The notes: generated by a model not told the origin, from the letters alone. 64,000 nt of DNA from Octopus vulgaris (GCA_951406725.2 OX597826.1:44082001-44146000); one strand, 5' to 3'; positions 1-13,440 are shown, numbered from the stretch's first letter. Numbers and translations are program-made.

Positions 1-97
1 GTATAAGCACGTATACATATACACATACTTATATACGTGTGTCTATGTATAAATGTGCATGCATATACCTATCTATCAATCTATCTTTCTTAGCCAT

Positions 98-466
98 TTC
101 TGTTTTGGTGTCTTCAAGCCATGAAGTCGTTGTTCTAAAAGAACACTGGTCTCCTTGACAACGCATTACGACGTTGATTTCCTTACACTCCCTTCCCCAC
201 AGGTGCAGGTGTGAGCGTGGACGCCAACTCCGCCGCCATCGACACACGAAAAATTATGCATTAAAATGGAATAAAAAATGATGTTAAATTATTTTTAAAA
301 TCGTAGACTCATCGTAGACGCGCGCTAATATTCAGACGGGCTCGATATGAATCACGACTATAAGCTACCCGAATTTGGTTAAACTGTACCGCAAAATGTG
401 GGAGTAGTTAGGAATCTAAATCGAAGGGGACAGACACTCACACAACTACAGTTTTATATATATAGA
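98..466 (-). mobile_element. Non-autonomous Helitron-like element, 3'-truncated
   Basis: Plus strand ends ...CAGACACTCACACAACTACAGTTTTATATATATAGA|T, i.e. an A|TC 5' terminus on the minus strand. The same terminal motif occurs at 5700-5747 and 19090-19123. No CTAG/hairpin 3' end seen, so the left boundary is approximate. Confidence 0.55.
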
Positions 467-479
467 TATACATAGCGCA

Positions 480-845
480 GTAGTGGTGAGATATGACAGC
501 AAAGAAAAGCATACATTCACTCTCTGCATGCAATTAGACTCGGAAAGTTCGTGAGGAACCCATTGACCCAATTTGCTGACTTTTCCGATAGCACACAGGT
601 GTCAATGAATGGTTGAATGACCAAATCCAAGCTTCTCTGCTAGTTCCTCAACAGTTACGATGATATTTTGTTCCACCAGGGTTTTCAGGATGTCCTTGTC
701 GAGTTCTACAGATCTTTCAGGATGAGGCTCGTCTTCTAGGCTGTAGTTTATGGCTCGGGATTTCTGGAACCACCATTGACACTGCCTTACGCTTATTGTC
801 CAATCCCCATATACTGCATTAATATTTCTTGTACTTTGCACACAT
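480..845 (-). pseudogene. Tc1/mariner (SETMAR/Mos1-type) transposase N-terminal fragment
   Basis: ORF 602..904 reads STRNINAVYGDWTISVRQCQWWFQK...SLEDEPHPERS...TVEELAEKLGFGHSTIH. After a stop it continues HLCAIGKVSKLGQWVPHELSE, giving the mariner HTH region plus the WVPHEL motif. Confidence 0.9.
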
Positions 846-901
846 TTATATTCTGTTATTCTTTTATATGTTTCAGCCTTGAGGTTGTGGCCATGCTGGA
901 T

Positions 902-904
<3 letters not shown>

Positions 905-935
<31 letters not shown>

Positions 936-1215
936 TATCTGTCTGTCTGTCTGTATGTATATATGTATATGTATGTGTGTGAACAATAATATTTTCAACA
1001 GATGTGTTGCAAATGTATCTGATTGTTCTCAAGCTTCAATACTGTGTGTGTGTGTATGTGTGTGTGTATGTATGTATGTATATGTATGTATGTATGTATA
1101 TGTATGTATGTATGTATGTGTGTATGTATGTATGTGTGTGTGTATGTATGTGTGTGTGTATGTGTGTGTGTGTATGTATGTATGTATGTATGTATGTATG
1201 TATGTATGAGTGTAT
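905..1215. repeat. Compound (TG)n/(TATG)n microsatellite
   Basis: Directly visible; explains the VCVC/MYVC ORFs. Confidence 0.95.
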
Positions 1216-1639
1216 GTTTACTTTATTACTAATTACTCTCTTCCAAGAACATTTTCACTCACTCTTAGCTCTTAGCTTCCCATACATTTTACTCATGTAT
1301 CTATCAGCGTCATAGACAGAATACTTTCACTTTAGTCTTCCTCAAATCACTCTGTCGCTATTTACTTTCATTTTATTCGTTGCCCACTGTGTGTGTGCGT
1401 TTGCGTGTGGTGTAAACCAGACTAAGAAAAGCATTTGACACACACACCAGAATGTGAGTTTTCTGTAAATTTTGCTTAATTGGAGTTTAAATTTTAAAAA
1501 CTGGACCTGGCATGACGCGATGCATTGTACTCTTAAAAATGCTAGGTAAATTGTAATTGAAGAAATCCTATATTGTAGATTTGTATAACTCCCAAAGGGA
1601 GGCAGATAAAATCTGCCTTTTATAATAAGAGATATAAAA

Positions 1640-1711
1640 ATATGTGTTTGTATATATGTGTGTGAGGATTACACATGCATATATGTATACATACATACAT
1701 ACATATATATG

Positions 1712-1753
<42 letters not shown>

Positions 1754-1847
1754 TGTATGCATATGTAAATATGTATACATATATACATCCTCACACACGT
1801 ATATACAAACACACACATATATGTGTACGCACACACACTCACACACA

Positions 1848-1930
<83 letters not shown>
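1640..1930. repeat. Compound (TA)n/(TACA)n microsatellite
   Basis: Directly visible. Similar tracts recur at e.g. 13115-13215, 20300-20465, 26050-26395, 38675-38890, 43950-44220, 46348-46480, 50560-50710. Confidence 0.95.
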
Positions 1931-1932
<2 letters not shown>

Positions 1933-2902
1933 TAAAGTCACATGGGTCTGTATATACTTCTGAGTGCTCTCAGCATTGTTCATTTGAAAACTTGTGTTTC
2001 TTAAACTATATTCATAGTAATTTTTGATTGCACTGTTTAAATGTTATTATCATATGTACACTATAATATCATATCCTGACGACAGAAGCTAGTAATTGTC
2101 ACTATTTCCTGGCAGAAAACATAGATGTTTGTAACAATATATCATCTGTTTATTGTTTGCCAATTGATTTCGGTTCTGTTTGCTTTACTGAAAAATATAA
2201 AACAACAACAGCAACAACTATAACAAACAATTTGTATTTCCTTGCAAATTTATATTCCAAAGATAATTGTCTTTTATTGTTTTTTCGTGTTTACTTAAAG
2301 ATGGAATGTGTTGACTTATACCGTATATATGTTTTTGATTAATCTTTATTTTGCGTCGTCTATATTTGTGGCACAGAAGATTCAGATCCGGAATAAGTAT
2401 TCTACAAGACTTGTCCACTTTGCCTTTCATCTCTGTGAAGTTGCTAAGAGATGTGGTAATAATACACTGGATGGATTCTGCTGTCGATAATATCCTTTCT
2501 TCAGAGAAGTTGGCAATAAGCCCAGTCAACGGAAAATCTTATAAATAGAACAAGCATATGAATTAACAGGTAAATTTTCGGCGAATGTTGTGGGAAACGC
2601 GATTTTGATTTCCTGCCAAGGGCAGTTTACATTCCTTACATTTCTTACATAAGGGAAAATGCATGAAAGCCTCATCGTCCAAATAACTTTATAGACCGGT
2701 ATGTTTCATTTTTACACGAAAATAATTCATACACACGCAAGTGCGTATAACATATACTTACATATACACACATACACACGTATCTATAAATATAAATACA
2801 AATATACATACACGCACACACATACATATATATACACATGCACACACACACACACAAACACCCCCCCCCCACACATATATATATATATATATATATATAC
2901 AC

Positions 2903-2994
2903 CTATAAATTAGGGTATCTGAGAGATACCACCATGCTGAAATAGCAGTCAAAACCCTGACCTAAAGGTATCTTTCAGATACCCTAATTTATAG
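2903..2994. repeat. Short foldback: 28-bp inverted repeat with 36-nt spacer
   Basis: CTATAAATTAGGGTATCTGAGAGATACC (2903-2930) vs GGTATCTTTCAGATACCCTAATTTATAG (2967-2994), one mismatch. Confidence 0.85.
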
Positions 2995-4249
2995 TTTTAA
3001 ATAATTATTAGCTTTGTATGGTATTTATTCCGTGCTGGCCACTTGATAAGATCGATATTTAAATATCGATATTATCCTTATTTAGAAATTTATATATATA
3101 TATACCTGTATGTACATATATATGTATGCAAACATACAGCATACATAACCAAAGATACAAGAATTGTGTGAATATGGAGATAGATATTATGGTGATCATA
3201 TTTAAATAATGCGTTGTATCAAAAATACATTGCATTCATTTTAACAGAAACCATAGTACCTCAGATATTTGGGTGAAATGTAACGAAAAAGTCTTGAAAT
3301 TATTTAAAAAGCTGTAATTGTGTAAACATTTGAAAGTGCTAACATTCCTAGAAATAGGAAGGGAATTAAAGCAGTGCTTAAATTCGTGATCAGATTCCTT
3401 GTTTTCCATTTGTATTTCCCAAATTATTCACTAGCGATTATGTAACAAGTTGTCGCCTTAGCAATTGTGGATTTTGTTTAACATACATAAATTTTCCTTC
3501 GTATATTCTTCGTACGATTTGAAATATAGCTAATACCATAATAAGTACATGCTTCCGTTCTTTGCTTCAGTAAACAATGCCAAGTAACTTTAGCATGAAT
3601 TTAATATTCCATTTATATTCTTTCGGCCTAAAGGTGAATATGTGATGATCTTGTGTACATACAAGGTTCTTTCTCTAAATAACATACATCATGTAAAAGC
3701 TTCTTACTGATTCTTCAACGTGTCGGCTTAGGAAATATTTTATGCATTTAATACGAGCTTCGTATAACAGATGCGAAATGTCACATTTTGCTGAAACGGT
3801 CGTATTTCCGTTTTTTTTTCTCTCTCTCTCTCTCTGTCTTTCACCTGTCTGCTCCGACGGCATTTTGAAATATATCTTGGGTTTCATGTAGATTTGCCAG
3901 AAAACTTCTTTAACTTGGTGTGATTTTTTTGTTTTGCTCGTAGGTTATGTGAAACATTTTTATCTCCGCAAAATGTTTCTCTTCTAGCTTCTAATATGTA
4001 TTTATTTCCTGTACTTTAGTTACCTCTCTACTTACTCATGAATATTTGTATGTTTTAATTACTCTTTCATAAATTTGCCATTTTCTCATGCTGCATTGAA
4101 AATATATCTGAAGTGGCAGTCAAAAAAATGTCTGAATATATCTGAGTGCTTTTTCTACACTAATATCCCCGACTTTGCCTACCGTAAAGGAGGCGAATAT
4201 GATATTTACAAGTGTTTTCTGATTATTTTCATTATTATATAGTTGATTA

Positions 4250-4665
4250 AAGAGGCGACTAGATTCGTTGGCACACCGGGCAAAATGCTTAGCGCCATTT
4301 CATCTGCCTCTAGGCTCTGAGATCAAATTCCGCCGAAGTCGAATTTGACTTTCATAATTTCGGGGACGATAAATTAAGTATCCGTGAAACATTGGACTCT
4401 ATGTATTCGTCTAGTCCTCTACCCACCAATTAAAAGTATTGTGCCTCTAATATAAAAGATTATTACACAGTTGGTTATGGTGGCGAGCAAGCAGATCCGG
4501 ATAAAATGCAGAGAAAAATTTTTTCCGGCTCTTTACGTTCTCATTTCAAGTTTGTCTTCACATTTCATCGTTTAATAAAATAAGTACCAGTCGAACACTG
4601 GAGTCGATGTAATCCACTTAATTCCGCCCTGAAATTGCTGGCCTTGTGCCAAAAGTTGAACCCAT
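4250..4665 (+). mobile_element. Two head-to-tail diverged copies of SINE family A (~4250-4458 and ~4479-4665)
   Basis: Match the cleaner copies at 30505, 32715 and 39712 (GGCGAGC..CAGAA..AAAATGCTTAGCG..GTTCAAATTCCGCCGA..TAAGTACCAGT). Degenerate TSD ATTATTAYAYAGTTGRTTA at 4231 and 4459. Confidence 0.8.
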
Positions 4666-5329
4666 TGTTATACTTTTGATATTTTTAAACATGTAATACT
4701 GTAACCTCAGGACTGCCAGTGACTTGGCGTTGTAGTAACGTGATGCAAAAACATTTGTAGGATGAAATTATTTTAAAATCTTGTTTTAAACATCTTCTGG
4801 CGTTTAAATGCAATTTATTTTATTTCGCTTTTTCTACTTTATTCACATGAAAGAAAGGGTGCCATTAGGCAATTGCAAGTAAATTCCTTGGAAAAGATAC
4901 AACTGTTTTAAAAACAGGAAGGGTACAATTTGACTTGGCAGTTTTAGAACACAGCTAGAATACAGCTGATTATAGGTGCATGTATATATGTGTATATATA
5001 TGTGTACATATTACATGTACAACTATATTTATACATCTACACATAAAATACAAAATACAAAGTTATATCTTGATATCGCTAGTGATAACAATACTGAAAA
5101 TATACAACAGACTGGAATTGTAGGACTATTCCATTTCTGCACGCTAATTTTATTTTTAATTTATTTCCCATTCATGTGAAACCACTTATTCAAGTTCAAA
5201 TCCTTGATGCAATTTTATACCAATTGCTATTTTTACTTTTGTTATGTTACGATTATATTATACTTTAGTTTGATTTTAATTATTACTTAGTACATATAAT
5301 TCAATTGTTATTATTATTTTTATTGTTAA

Positions 5330-5747
5330 AGTGAAAGTATCTGACATAAAATAGAGAAATGTTTTTGTTTCACTTTTAACATGTAATACTGAAATAGTGG
5401 AGAAGATATGATATTGCTATGGGCTCGCCCTAGGCAAGAAGTTGAACATTTTTTTGCCCATGAAACTACATGGACCCTAAGTAAGGCATGTGTAAAATTT
5501 GAATGAAATTGGTTGTGTAGTTCTCGAATTTTAGGGAATCGTAGTGGAGAAGATGTGATATTGCTGTGGGCTCGCCCTAGGCAAAAAGTTAAACATTTTT
5601 TTTACCGATGACACTCCCCGGACCCTAAGTAAGGCATATGTAAAATTTGAATGAAATTGGTTGTGTAGTTCTCAAGTTTTAGGGAAACACACAGACAGAC
5701 AGACAGACAGACACACACACATTCTCAGTTTTACATATATAGAGAGA
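5330..5747 (-). mobile_element. Non-autonomous Helitron-like element with internal ~147-bp tandem duplication
   Basis: Plus strand ends (CAGA)n CACACATTCTCAGTTTTACATATATAGAGAGA|TT. Two units start with TAGTGGAGAAGAT at 5395 and 5542. Confidence 0.65.
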
Positions 5748-5934
5748 TTAAGGAAAAGTGCAAAGCTGAAATTGGACAGTAGACTCCTAGGAATATTACA
5801 AAGGTGAAACTCAAAAGTGAATTCCTAATCCACGTAGCCATACCAGACAGTTGTCTGATAATTAGATAATGATGACAGATAATATAAACACCGTTGCCAC
5901 AATGTGGCATATTAGTACACTATATTTAAAATTA

Positions 5935-6174
5935 GTGGAGGCGCATGGCTTAGTCGTTAGGGTGTTGAACTCACGATCGTAAAGTTGTGGTTTCGATTCC
6001 TGGACCGCGCGATGTGTTGTATTCTTGAGCAAAACACTTCAATTCACGTTGCCCCAGTCCAATCTGCTGGCAAAAATGAGTAATCCTGCGTCCCGTCCAG
6101 GTGGGGAATTTCTACGCCACTGAAACCGGGAAACCAGCCCATCTGAGCTTGGCATGGCTCAAGAAGGAGCATTT
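5935..6174 (+). mobile_element. tRNA-derived SINE, family B (tail type 1)
   Basis: A-box-like TGGCTTAGTCG and B-box-like GTTTCGATTCC. 14-bp TSD TATATTTAAAATTA at 5921-5934 and 6175-6188. Confidence 0.9.
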
Positions 6175-6904
6175 TATATTTAAAATTAATTAATTAAAAA
6201 AAGGACAATTTTCTTTTATACTTGGTCGGAAAGAAGGGGTGGTTTTTGTATCTTTTAGAAAACCCTTGGAAAATGATGAATTGCTTGTCCACTTGCAGAA
6301 TAGGTGACATTTTAAGAAAACTTGCCATTCAAAGAAACAACGGTTGGGCTGAATAATTAGTTAATACTGGACAGGAGCATGGGACACATTATGGGTTAAG
6401 AGAAGCAAAGAAACTTGAACGTCGGGAGGTCTTGAGGGGAGGTAGTATAGAAGCTGCTATACCATAGACACATATTGGTATCTGAGTGAAATAATAGATA
6501 TAAAGACAAGAAAGCTTGCCTACGATCTAGGGGTTGATAAGTGTGGTAAATGTTCCATTCTTAATTAGTCGTATTAATTTATTAAAATCTCTTACTTGAT
6601 TGAATTCCGTTGCTATATAATAGTGTAGGGGTGACAATCTACTATGTAAATTTGATGACAAAAATAAATCAAGCTCTCTTTTCGTTCGACCCGTATAGAC
6701 AAAGTGAAAGAGAAATAGGTCGCGTCATTTAATGAATTGATCCATAACTTTAGTTTCATATAGGCAGAGACAACAAAAAATTCCCTAAAGTGTACCAACT
6801 ACATTTGACCAGTGTCAATTGTGGCTCTAGTGCGCGATATATATATATATATGTGTGTGTGTGTTTGTGTGTGTATATATGTATACATACATACATATAG
6901 ATAC

Positions 6905-7592
6905 CTCATATGTATAATTTATACAATAAATTAATAATTTTATATGTATATATTTATATAATTATATTAAGGTATCAAAGGTGAAAATAGAACGACCTAT
7001 CTCCAACATGCTTGAAAATGCACTCGCTCGCCTACAATCCGTGTTTATTTTTGGAGTTTCGGTAATAAGTGCATGCCTCGGCATTTTCGAGAATGCTGGA
7101 GAATTTTTTCACTCTTGATCCTTTAATATAATTATATATATATGTATATATAGTGAAGGCGCGTGGCTCAGTGGTTAGAGCGTCGAGCTTACGATCATGA
7201 GGTTGTGAGCTCGAATCCCGGACCGGGCTGCGTGTTGTATTCTTGAGCAAGACACTTTATTTCACGTTGCTCCAGTTTACTCAGCTGTAGAAATGAGTTG
7301 CGACGTCACAGGTGCCAAGCTGTATCGGCCCTTGCCTTTCCCTTGGACAACATCGGTGACGTGGAGAGGGGAGGCCGGTATGCATGGGCGACTGCTGGTC
7401 TTCCATAAAACAACCTTACCTGGACTTGTGCCTCAGAGGGTAACTCTCTAGGTGCAAACCCATGGTCAGTGTCTGACCGAAGGGGGTCACCACCATATAT
7501 ATATATAATTAATTTAATGTATAAATTACGTATAAATTTTTATTCCATGCTGACTACCTGATGAAAATCATTAACGTGATTTTATCCTTATA
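6905..7592. mobile_element. AT-rich foldback element interrupted by a SINE
   Basis: Paired arms TATAATTATATTAAGGTATCAAAGGTGAAAA / TTTTCACTCTTGATCCTTTAATATAATTATA and CTCCAACATGCTTGAAAATGC / GCATTTTCGAGAATGCTGGAG. The outer arm resumes after the SINE at ~7500-7535. Confidence 0.65.
7153..7494 (+). mobile_element. tRNA-derived SINE, family B (tail type 2)
   Basis: GGCGCGTGGCTCAGTGGTTAGAGCG A-box and GCTCGAATCCC B-box-like motif. 3' stem-loop GGTCAG-TGT-CTGACC. Inserted in (TA)n. Confidence 0.9.
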
Positions 7593-8192
7593 TCCTCGTA
7601 TATATGTACATATATAGAGTTAAATCGGACATTAACAATAACAATAACAAAACAACAAGCGGACGTGCATATTACAAGTATTAGAAGCACGGTAAAAGTG
7701 GTAAAGGGAGAGTTTTTGATGCTCCGACCATGACTCTTCGTTAGAAAGGATAACGGAAGACGGAAAAATATCACAAACAGCACACACATGTATGTATGTA
7801 TGATTTACGGAGTCTTTTAACATTAAAAGTTAAAATTACAAAACATTTCTTTTTCTTTTTCAAACGGACCGATGAGCCAACTTTCAATATCGCCAAGGGC
7901 AATGTGTTTCACACTCCTGTCGTTGTGAGTGTTCGTTGCAACAAGACACATTCAAATGTGATTCGCTTTTCATTCTCATTTTCCCATCCGTCGGACACCC
8001 ACACTTATTTTCAGCTGGCTAAAATGTAGTCTACACTGAGTCATAACGTAATAGCGACGACAGTATTTGTAACTTGACTACAAAGATCGTAAAACAGACT
8101 TCATATTTATGTATATTTATTATGGTAGTTTTGACTTTAAGAATCTTTCATAACGTGAGGCTTTTTATGTGTAGTAATCGTAGTAATCCCTT

Positions 8193-8246
8193 AATATAAT
8201 AATATAATATAATATAATATAATATAATATAATATAATATAATATA

Positions 8247-8298
<52 letters not shown>
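8193..8298. repeat. (AATAT)n + (AT)n microsatellite
   Basis: Directly visible. Confidence 0.95.
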
Positions 8299-8301
<3 letters not shown>

Positions 8302-11300
8302 TCAATGAAACAAAGAGACAATCACGGTAGTAAAAAAAATCGAATTCGTTTCAGCGATCGTAAAATATGGAAACAAATACCCCTAGGAGCATACAACTCT
8401 ATTAGGATTAAAAATAACGGGATCCCATGGTTCAAACAAAAAGAACAATTTCATCGTTGAAAACGGAAATTAGTGGGAACATATTTAACATACTAAAGAT
8501 TTGAGTAGGCGACAAGAGCTGAATCTATTAGTTTACTCCCTGTATGATTTTCGCGAATATTGAAATGATTTAATGATATTTTATATTTAGGTATTCTGAT
8601 ATTGCCACGTTTTGGAGAATGAATAACTTGCAAGATTGTTGGGACGATAATCACTTACAGAAGTCTAACATTCTATGCGGAATATAAACGAATATATTTT
8701 CCAAATATAGTGATACTGACTACACTGCGTAAATTTCCCACATGAACATAAAGGTTGAAATGTCGCAGTTTACAATTTTATCCATACCATTTTATCTTGC
8801 GCAATTTCAGTCTTGAATATGGTTAGCCGATTCTGAGGCCAATATTAAGAAATAAAAGATGGCAGTATTATTTTTTTTCCGCTGACATTCTCTTAGCTTC
8901 ATACTATAATATAATCTTTGTGATGTATTTCTGAGATGTTAAAAAAGACTCCTTGTAGAAGCATAATCAAATTAGAACTGTGCACAATGCACCTAATATT
9001 CAATTAGAATTTTCCTTCTATAGAGTAAGCCAACGTTTCTCATTAATTTGCTCCATCAATGAGCCCATATGTCGCAAGAATATGTCGTGGCGCACATCTA
9101 TTCAATGTCTTAGTGGCATTCATTGAATAAGTGTCTCTTCGTTTTATCTTATTTCTTTTCTTTCTCATTTACTATTCGGACAGTCATGGTCTTAAACTTG
9201 CCTTCATTTTTGTTTCCTTATAGAATTACCTTGTTGAATTCGTTTACAAATCTCACTCAAAATTTCATATTTCCTTGTTCATCTATTTCAATATTTTTGC
9301 TATGTTTTGTCTGCAGATTTTTCAGTTTCTCGTTGTTGTTCTTGTATAATCCAGATCGACCCTAACGGAGCAGTCCTATAGTATGTTAGATACATGTAGA
9401 TATACCACTCCAGTTATGCTATATCTCTACGCACAAACTATGTACAACAGTAATGGTTTTGCAGGATAACTGAAATAAATGCGTAAATCTGTTGATGTGT
9501 GTGTCAACCCTGATGAAGTAGTCATTTAATCAAATAGACCGGAAACCTTAAATATGCTCTCTTTCTCCGAAATACACCATATCTATGAATTCAAAATTGC
9601 CCTTCCCATCTAAAGATGGTGAGGTGTAGCATGGAGAAAATTTAGTTGTTATTTAAAGTAGATCAAGTAACTCTGCAGAGGCTTCCTCTATCATTCGTGG
9701 TGGGAGGTTGATGAAGTAATTGTATAAGAGATAAGCTGTGGAACAAAATATAAATGTTTCGTTTTCTTTGGTTTGGCTCACTATGCTCTTTGTTCTGGTG
9801 TTTTCCTAGTTTTGTCTGCAGATGAGGCTGGAAAAATGGACTCGGTTGAAATGTTTCCCTTAACGTTTTGGCATTTAAGAATAATGTTCGCTACTGTTGA
9901 TCCCTTTTGATTTTTTGGTGATAGTGCTACGAAATGAAACGTCGAACTTATTGACGCAATAAGTGCTACCTTTAGCACGTTTGGTTGAAGACAGTTTCCT
10001 AATAGCGGTTGAAATTTTATGCAAATATATTTAGGAAAACTCTTCATGAGGCTGTGTGTAATACTGTGGTTGTACGTTAAATATTTCAATTTTAAAATAG
10101 CAGTATCACTAACTGTATTTTCATTTTCTATCACGGAAAATATGGTTTGAGTTGAATAACACGTATGCTCTTCATGCTATCATGTCTCTTTTTATGTTAT
10201 TTGTTTTATTTTCATGACAGAATGTTGTATGTTGTAGTTTTCGTATGCAACCTGATAGGACTATTAATAAAGTTGGTAGTGGTATGAATATATTTAACAT
10301 ATTCATTTGATTTATGTTGCTTGTTTCTTTTTTGTCTAATGAGTCGCCAAGCTCTATCTGAGTTCAAATGTTGTTTTAACATATAGGACATTCAGGATTC
10401 ATGAATAAGTATGTTACATATTTGAACTTATGTTATGAATTTATCTAATATTTCCGAAGTGTAATTCAGTAATTAATCATTTCTGTATTGTTATTTTAAT
10501 TTTAATTCTTATATTCATGCAATTCCGATGATTTATATGAAGGTAAGAAAATGATTTTCGTTGTAATATGTTCAGCTTGTGGCTGATGTTTGGTATTTCA
10601 TGTGAACTATGTTTCATTTTTTTGAGCTAGTCGTTTTTAATATTGCTGTTGTGTGTAGCTCTGCATCAATCCTCATCGAGCAATCCAAATAGTCATAAAT
10701 GATCGGTTGAACGACAAAATGCGATAGATTCAAATCAACCATCTGAGTTATACGATGCCACCGTCTCGCTGAAAAATATTGCATGCACCAGCATGAAATA
10801 ATGAATCAGATGATATGCAATGTTACAGTATAAAGATATTTCACTCTTTCCATTGACCGGTTTATTTCTGTACACTTGTAGAAAGTGATTGAATCAGGCA
10901 AAAATAGACTCGGTCGGTGCGAGAGAGCTGCTATACCTCTGCTCTTATTACTGGTGTTTTACACATATCATTTCCTTTATACCTTTGTCTTTAAACACAA
11001 TCAATGATATATGCAAATGGGTAAGGTAGAAAAACTGTGAAGGAAAAGGAAACAAAGACACTGTATCATCGGTCATTCAATATAGAAATAAGCACCAACA
11101 AGGTCACACGAATATAAGCAAAAATGAGCTAAGAGAAATAACTCAGAGTAGCCAATGGCATGTATTTGAACAGCAATAACATATAAAGGTGAATCAAATA
11201 ACGTCAAACATAATACATGTTTATATTAAAATTATCGCCGCCTGTGGAAGGTGTATTATAATTACCAAATGATAATTATAACCGCAGCACTTGAGAAGGT

Positions 11301-13143
11301 CGTGTGTAATCTCAAGTGACGAGTTTTCTAAAGGGACATGCCATTAAAGAAAAGGACACAGTAAGAGGACAGTCATGGGTTCGGTCCCTGATTCATTAGA
11401 TCAACAACGTAACTCGTGTCAGTTTAAAAGTAAAATACGTACGAAGGTGGAAACAGTGGCTTGGTGTGTTTAAACATCGTAGCTTAAAAGTCTGATTTAA
11501 ATTGATTATGATGTATTAACATATATTGATTAATGATGACCCAGTCGGCTAATGAATATTCATAAACATATAATCGAATTTAAACGCAGTTCATATTCTT
11601 TGGAAATCTAAGAGTATTAAATGAACTTATTTTAAGGTTTATTACTTTTCACGAAACCAAAGATGCTTTGTTCTAATTTTTATACCAGTTTCAAAGAAAG
11701 AAGCGTAAATGGTGCCGCTATTCATTTCATTAGTAATTGCTCAAAATAAATAAAATCTATACAGAAATGCATAAATTTTGTACATTTTCTGTGTTACAAA
11801 TGAAACATATATATTATGTTTTAATGTATTTGAAATGTAAATACCTTGGAAAGTTTCGAGTTTAGTTTGATTAAGGATACATTGCACGATTATTCTTGTC
11901 AAGAAAAGAGTCACCAGTGAATACAGACATGAAACTAATCAGAATGCATGAGTTTTCTAGCTTCAGATAGTGTAGCAACAGTGGAATATAATTTGTATCT
12001 ATCGGAAATGAACTTTGAGTAACATACGAAGATAATCTTGGCATCAATGAAATACGCAATTCTCTCGTACTCACTCTTGGGAGATATTGCAATCGATAAG
12101 ATTTACCAATTATAATTAGTGCTCATTTTATTAACTTATCGCTACATCTGATCATAGATTAGGACAAACGTCTGTCAGGGATAAAATCAAGCAGTAAATG
12201 GAGGAATTACACGTAAGTAAATGAACCCATCACAAATAATAATGATGTGGATTTTATGAAGATACAAACAATCAAAGTTACTATTAGTGCCATTCTTTGC
12301 GACAGCTTCAATAATTGGCATAATATTTCTTAAAATGATAATTTATTAGAACAAAGGTGACTTTGGTGATAGGATGTCTATCATATTGAAATCTCAGAAG
12401 ATTTTCTCTTCACCGCTTCTTTGTTATAAAGATGTTAATATTGACAGAAAGAATAAATAACATTTTAATAACAAAAATATTGCAACAACAATATAAAAAT
12501 ATAACGTTTTATATTTTTTCAAATCAAATATTTTTGCAGTTTTGTTTCCTTCGTCACTAGTCTATCTGTTTTCAATTTGGTGTAAACCAACAGATGTTGC
12601 ATTTGAGAAAATTATTTTCATTGGAATGAATAACACCAATTTTTTTTCTTATGACAAAAATGATTTTATTTAGTAACTTCTTTATTATTGTTCAAGTTCA
12701 AAAGTTAATGGAATTTAAGACAGATTTTTTATCTTCTGAAAACTATCTCATTGTGCATAAATCATGGCGTCTATAGTGCCGAAATAACTTTATATATGTT
12801 CGGTATCTTAATTCCCAACATGCTATATTCTTAACATATGACAAACACGAGGTATCTCACTTGGAAACAAGAAGTAAACCTAATACAAAGCTAATCAACA
12901 TGAAGGCAGATTATCAGGTTCTCATTCAGTATATTTCCCTTTCTATAAAAATATAAAGATCTAACTTATATTAGTGAAAATAATGCCTAGGAATCATTTA
13001 ATATATTATATTGTAAGCTATAAAAATATATAGTTTATTAACTGCAGAAAAATATTTGAATTATCTCGGTGTATTTGTTAATGAATTCCGTATAATTTTC
13101 AATAGTAGCAATGTGTATATACATACATAAATACATACATACA

Positions 13144-13215
<72 letters not shown>

Positions 13216-13218
<3 letters not shown>

Positions 13219-13436
13219 TGATAAAAATGGTAAGACAACAATAGAAAGAAAGAGGCCTCGATATTATGTAAATAGAGGAATTTATCTGTAAATGTAATAT
13301 GTGACAATTACGAAAACTCCGGGTTTCGTATGCCGAGGTGGAAATCCCCTCAAAAGATGGCGGCGTGGATTTCCACTTCGGCATCCGAAACTCTGAGTTT
13401 TATAATGGCTACTGAATAAATGTCAGATATTACATT

Positions 13437-13440
<4 letters not shown>
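13216..13440. mobile_element. Foldback element in (TA)n with hammerhead-like arms, centre deleted; same family as 28439-28684
   Basis: Arms AAAACTCCGGGTTTCGTATGCCGAGGTGGAAATCC / GGATTTCCACTTCGGCATCCGAAACTCTGAGTTTT and TGTAAATGTAATATGTGACAATTA / TAAATGTCAGATATTACATTTACA. The first ~95 bp align to the reverse complement of ~28590-28684. Confidence 0.8.

Noticed and set aside
776-1935. Many 60-120 aa ORFs rich in VCVC/YIYI/MYVC/THTH, here and throughout the window
   Set aside because: Translations of dinucleotide and tetranucleotide microsatellites that lack stops; no protein signal.
2376-2569. Possible exon (CACAG| ... ACAG|GTAAAT) in a less AT-rich patch
   Set aside because: All three frames contain stops and no protein similarity is recognisable; cannot be supported without transcripts.
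7153-7228. tRNA-like cloverleaf with A and B boxes (also 5935 and 56547)
   Set aside because: Continues into SINE bodies, with TSDs at 5935 and 56547; these are SINE heads, not tRNA genes.
9500-9555. CTGATGA...GAAA hammerhead-like spacing
   Set aside because: No convincing stem I, stem III or NUH triplet; similar degenerate text at ~9350 and ~10665 suggests an old repeat.
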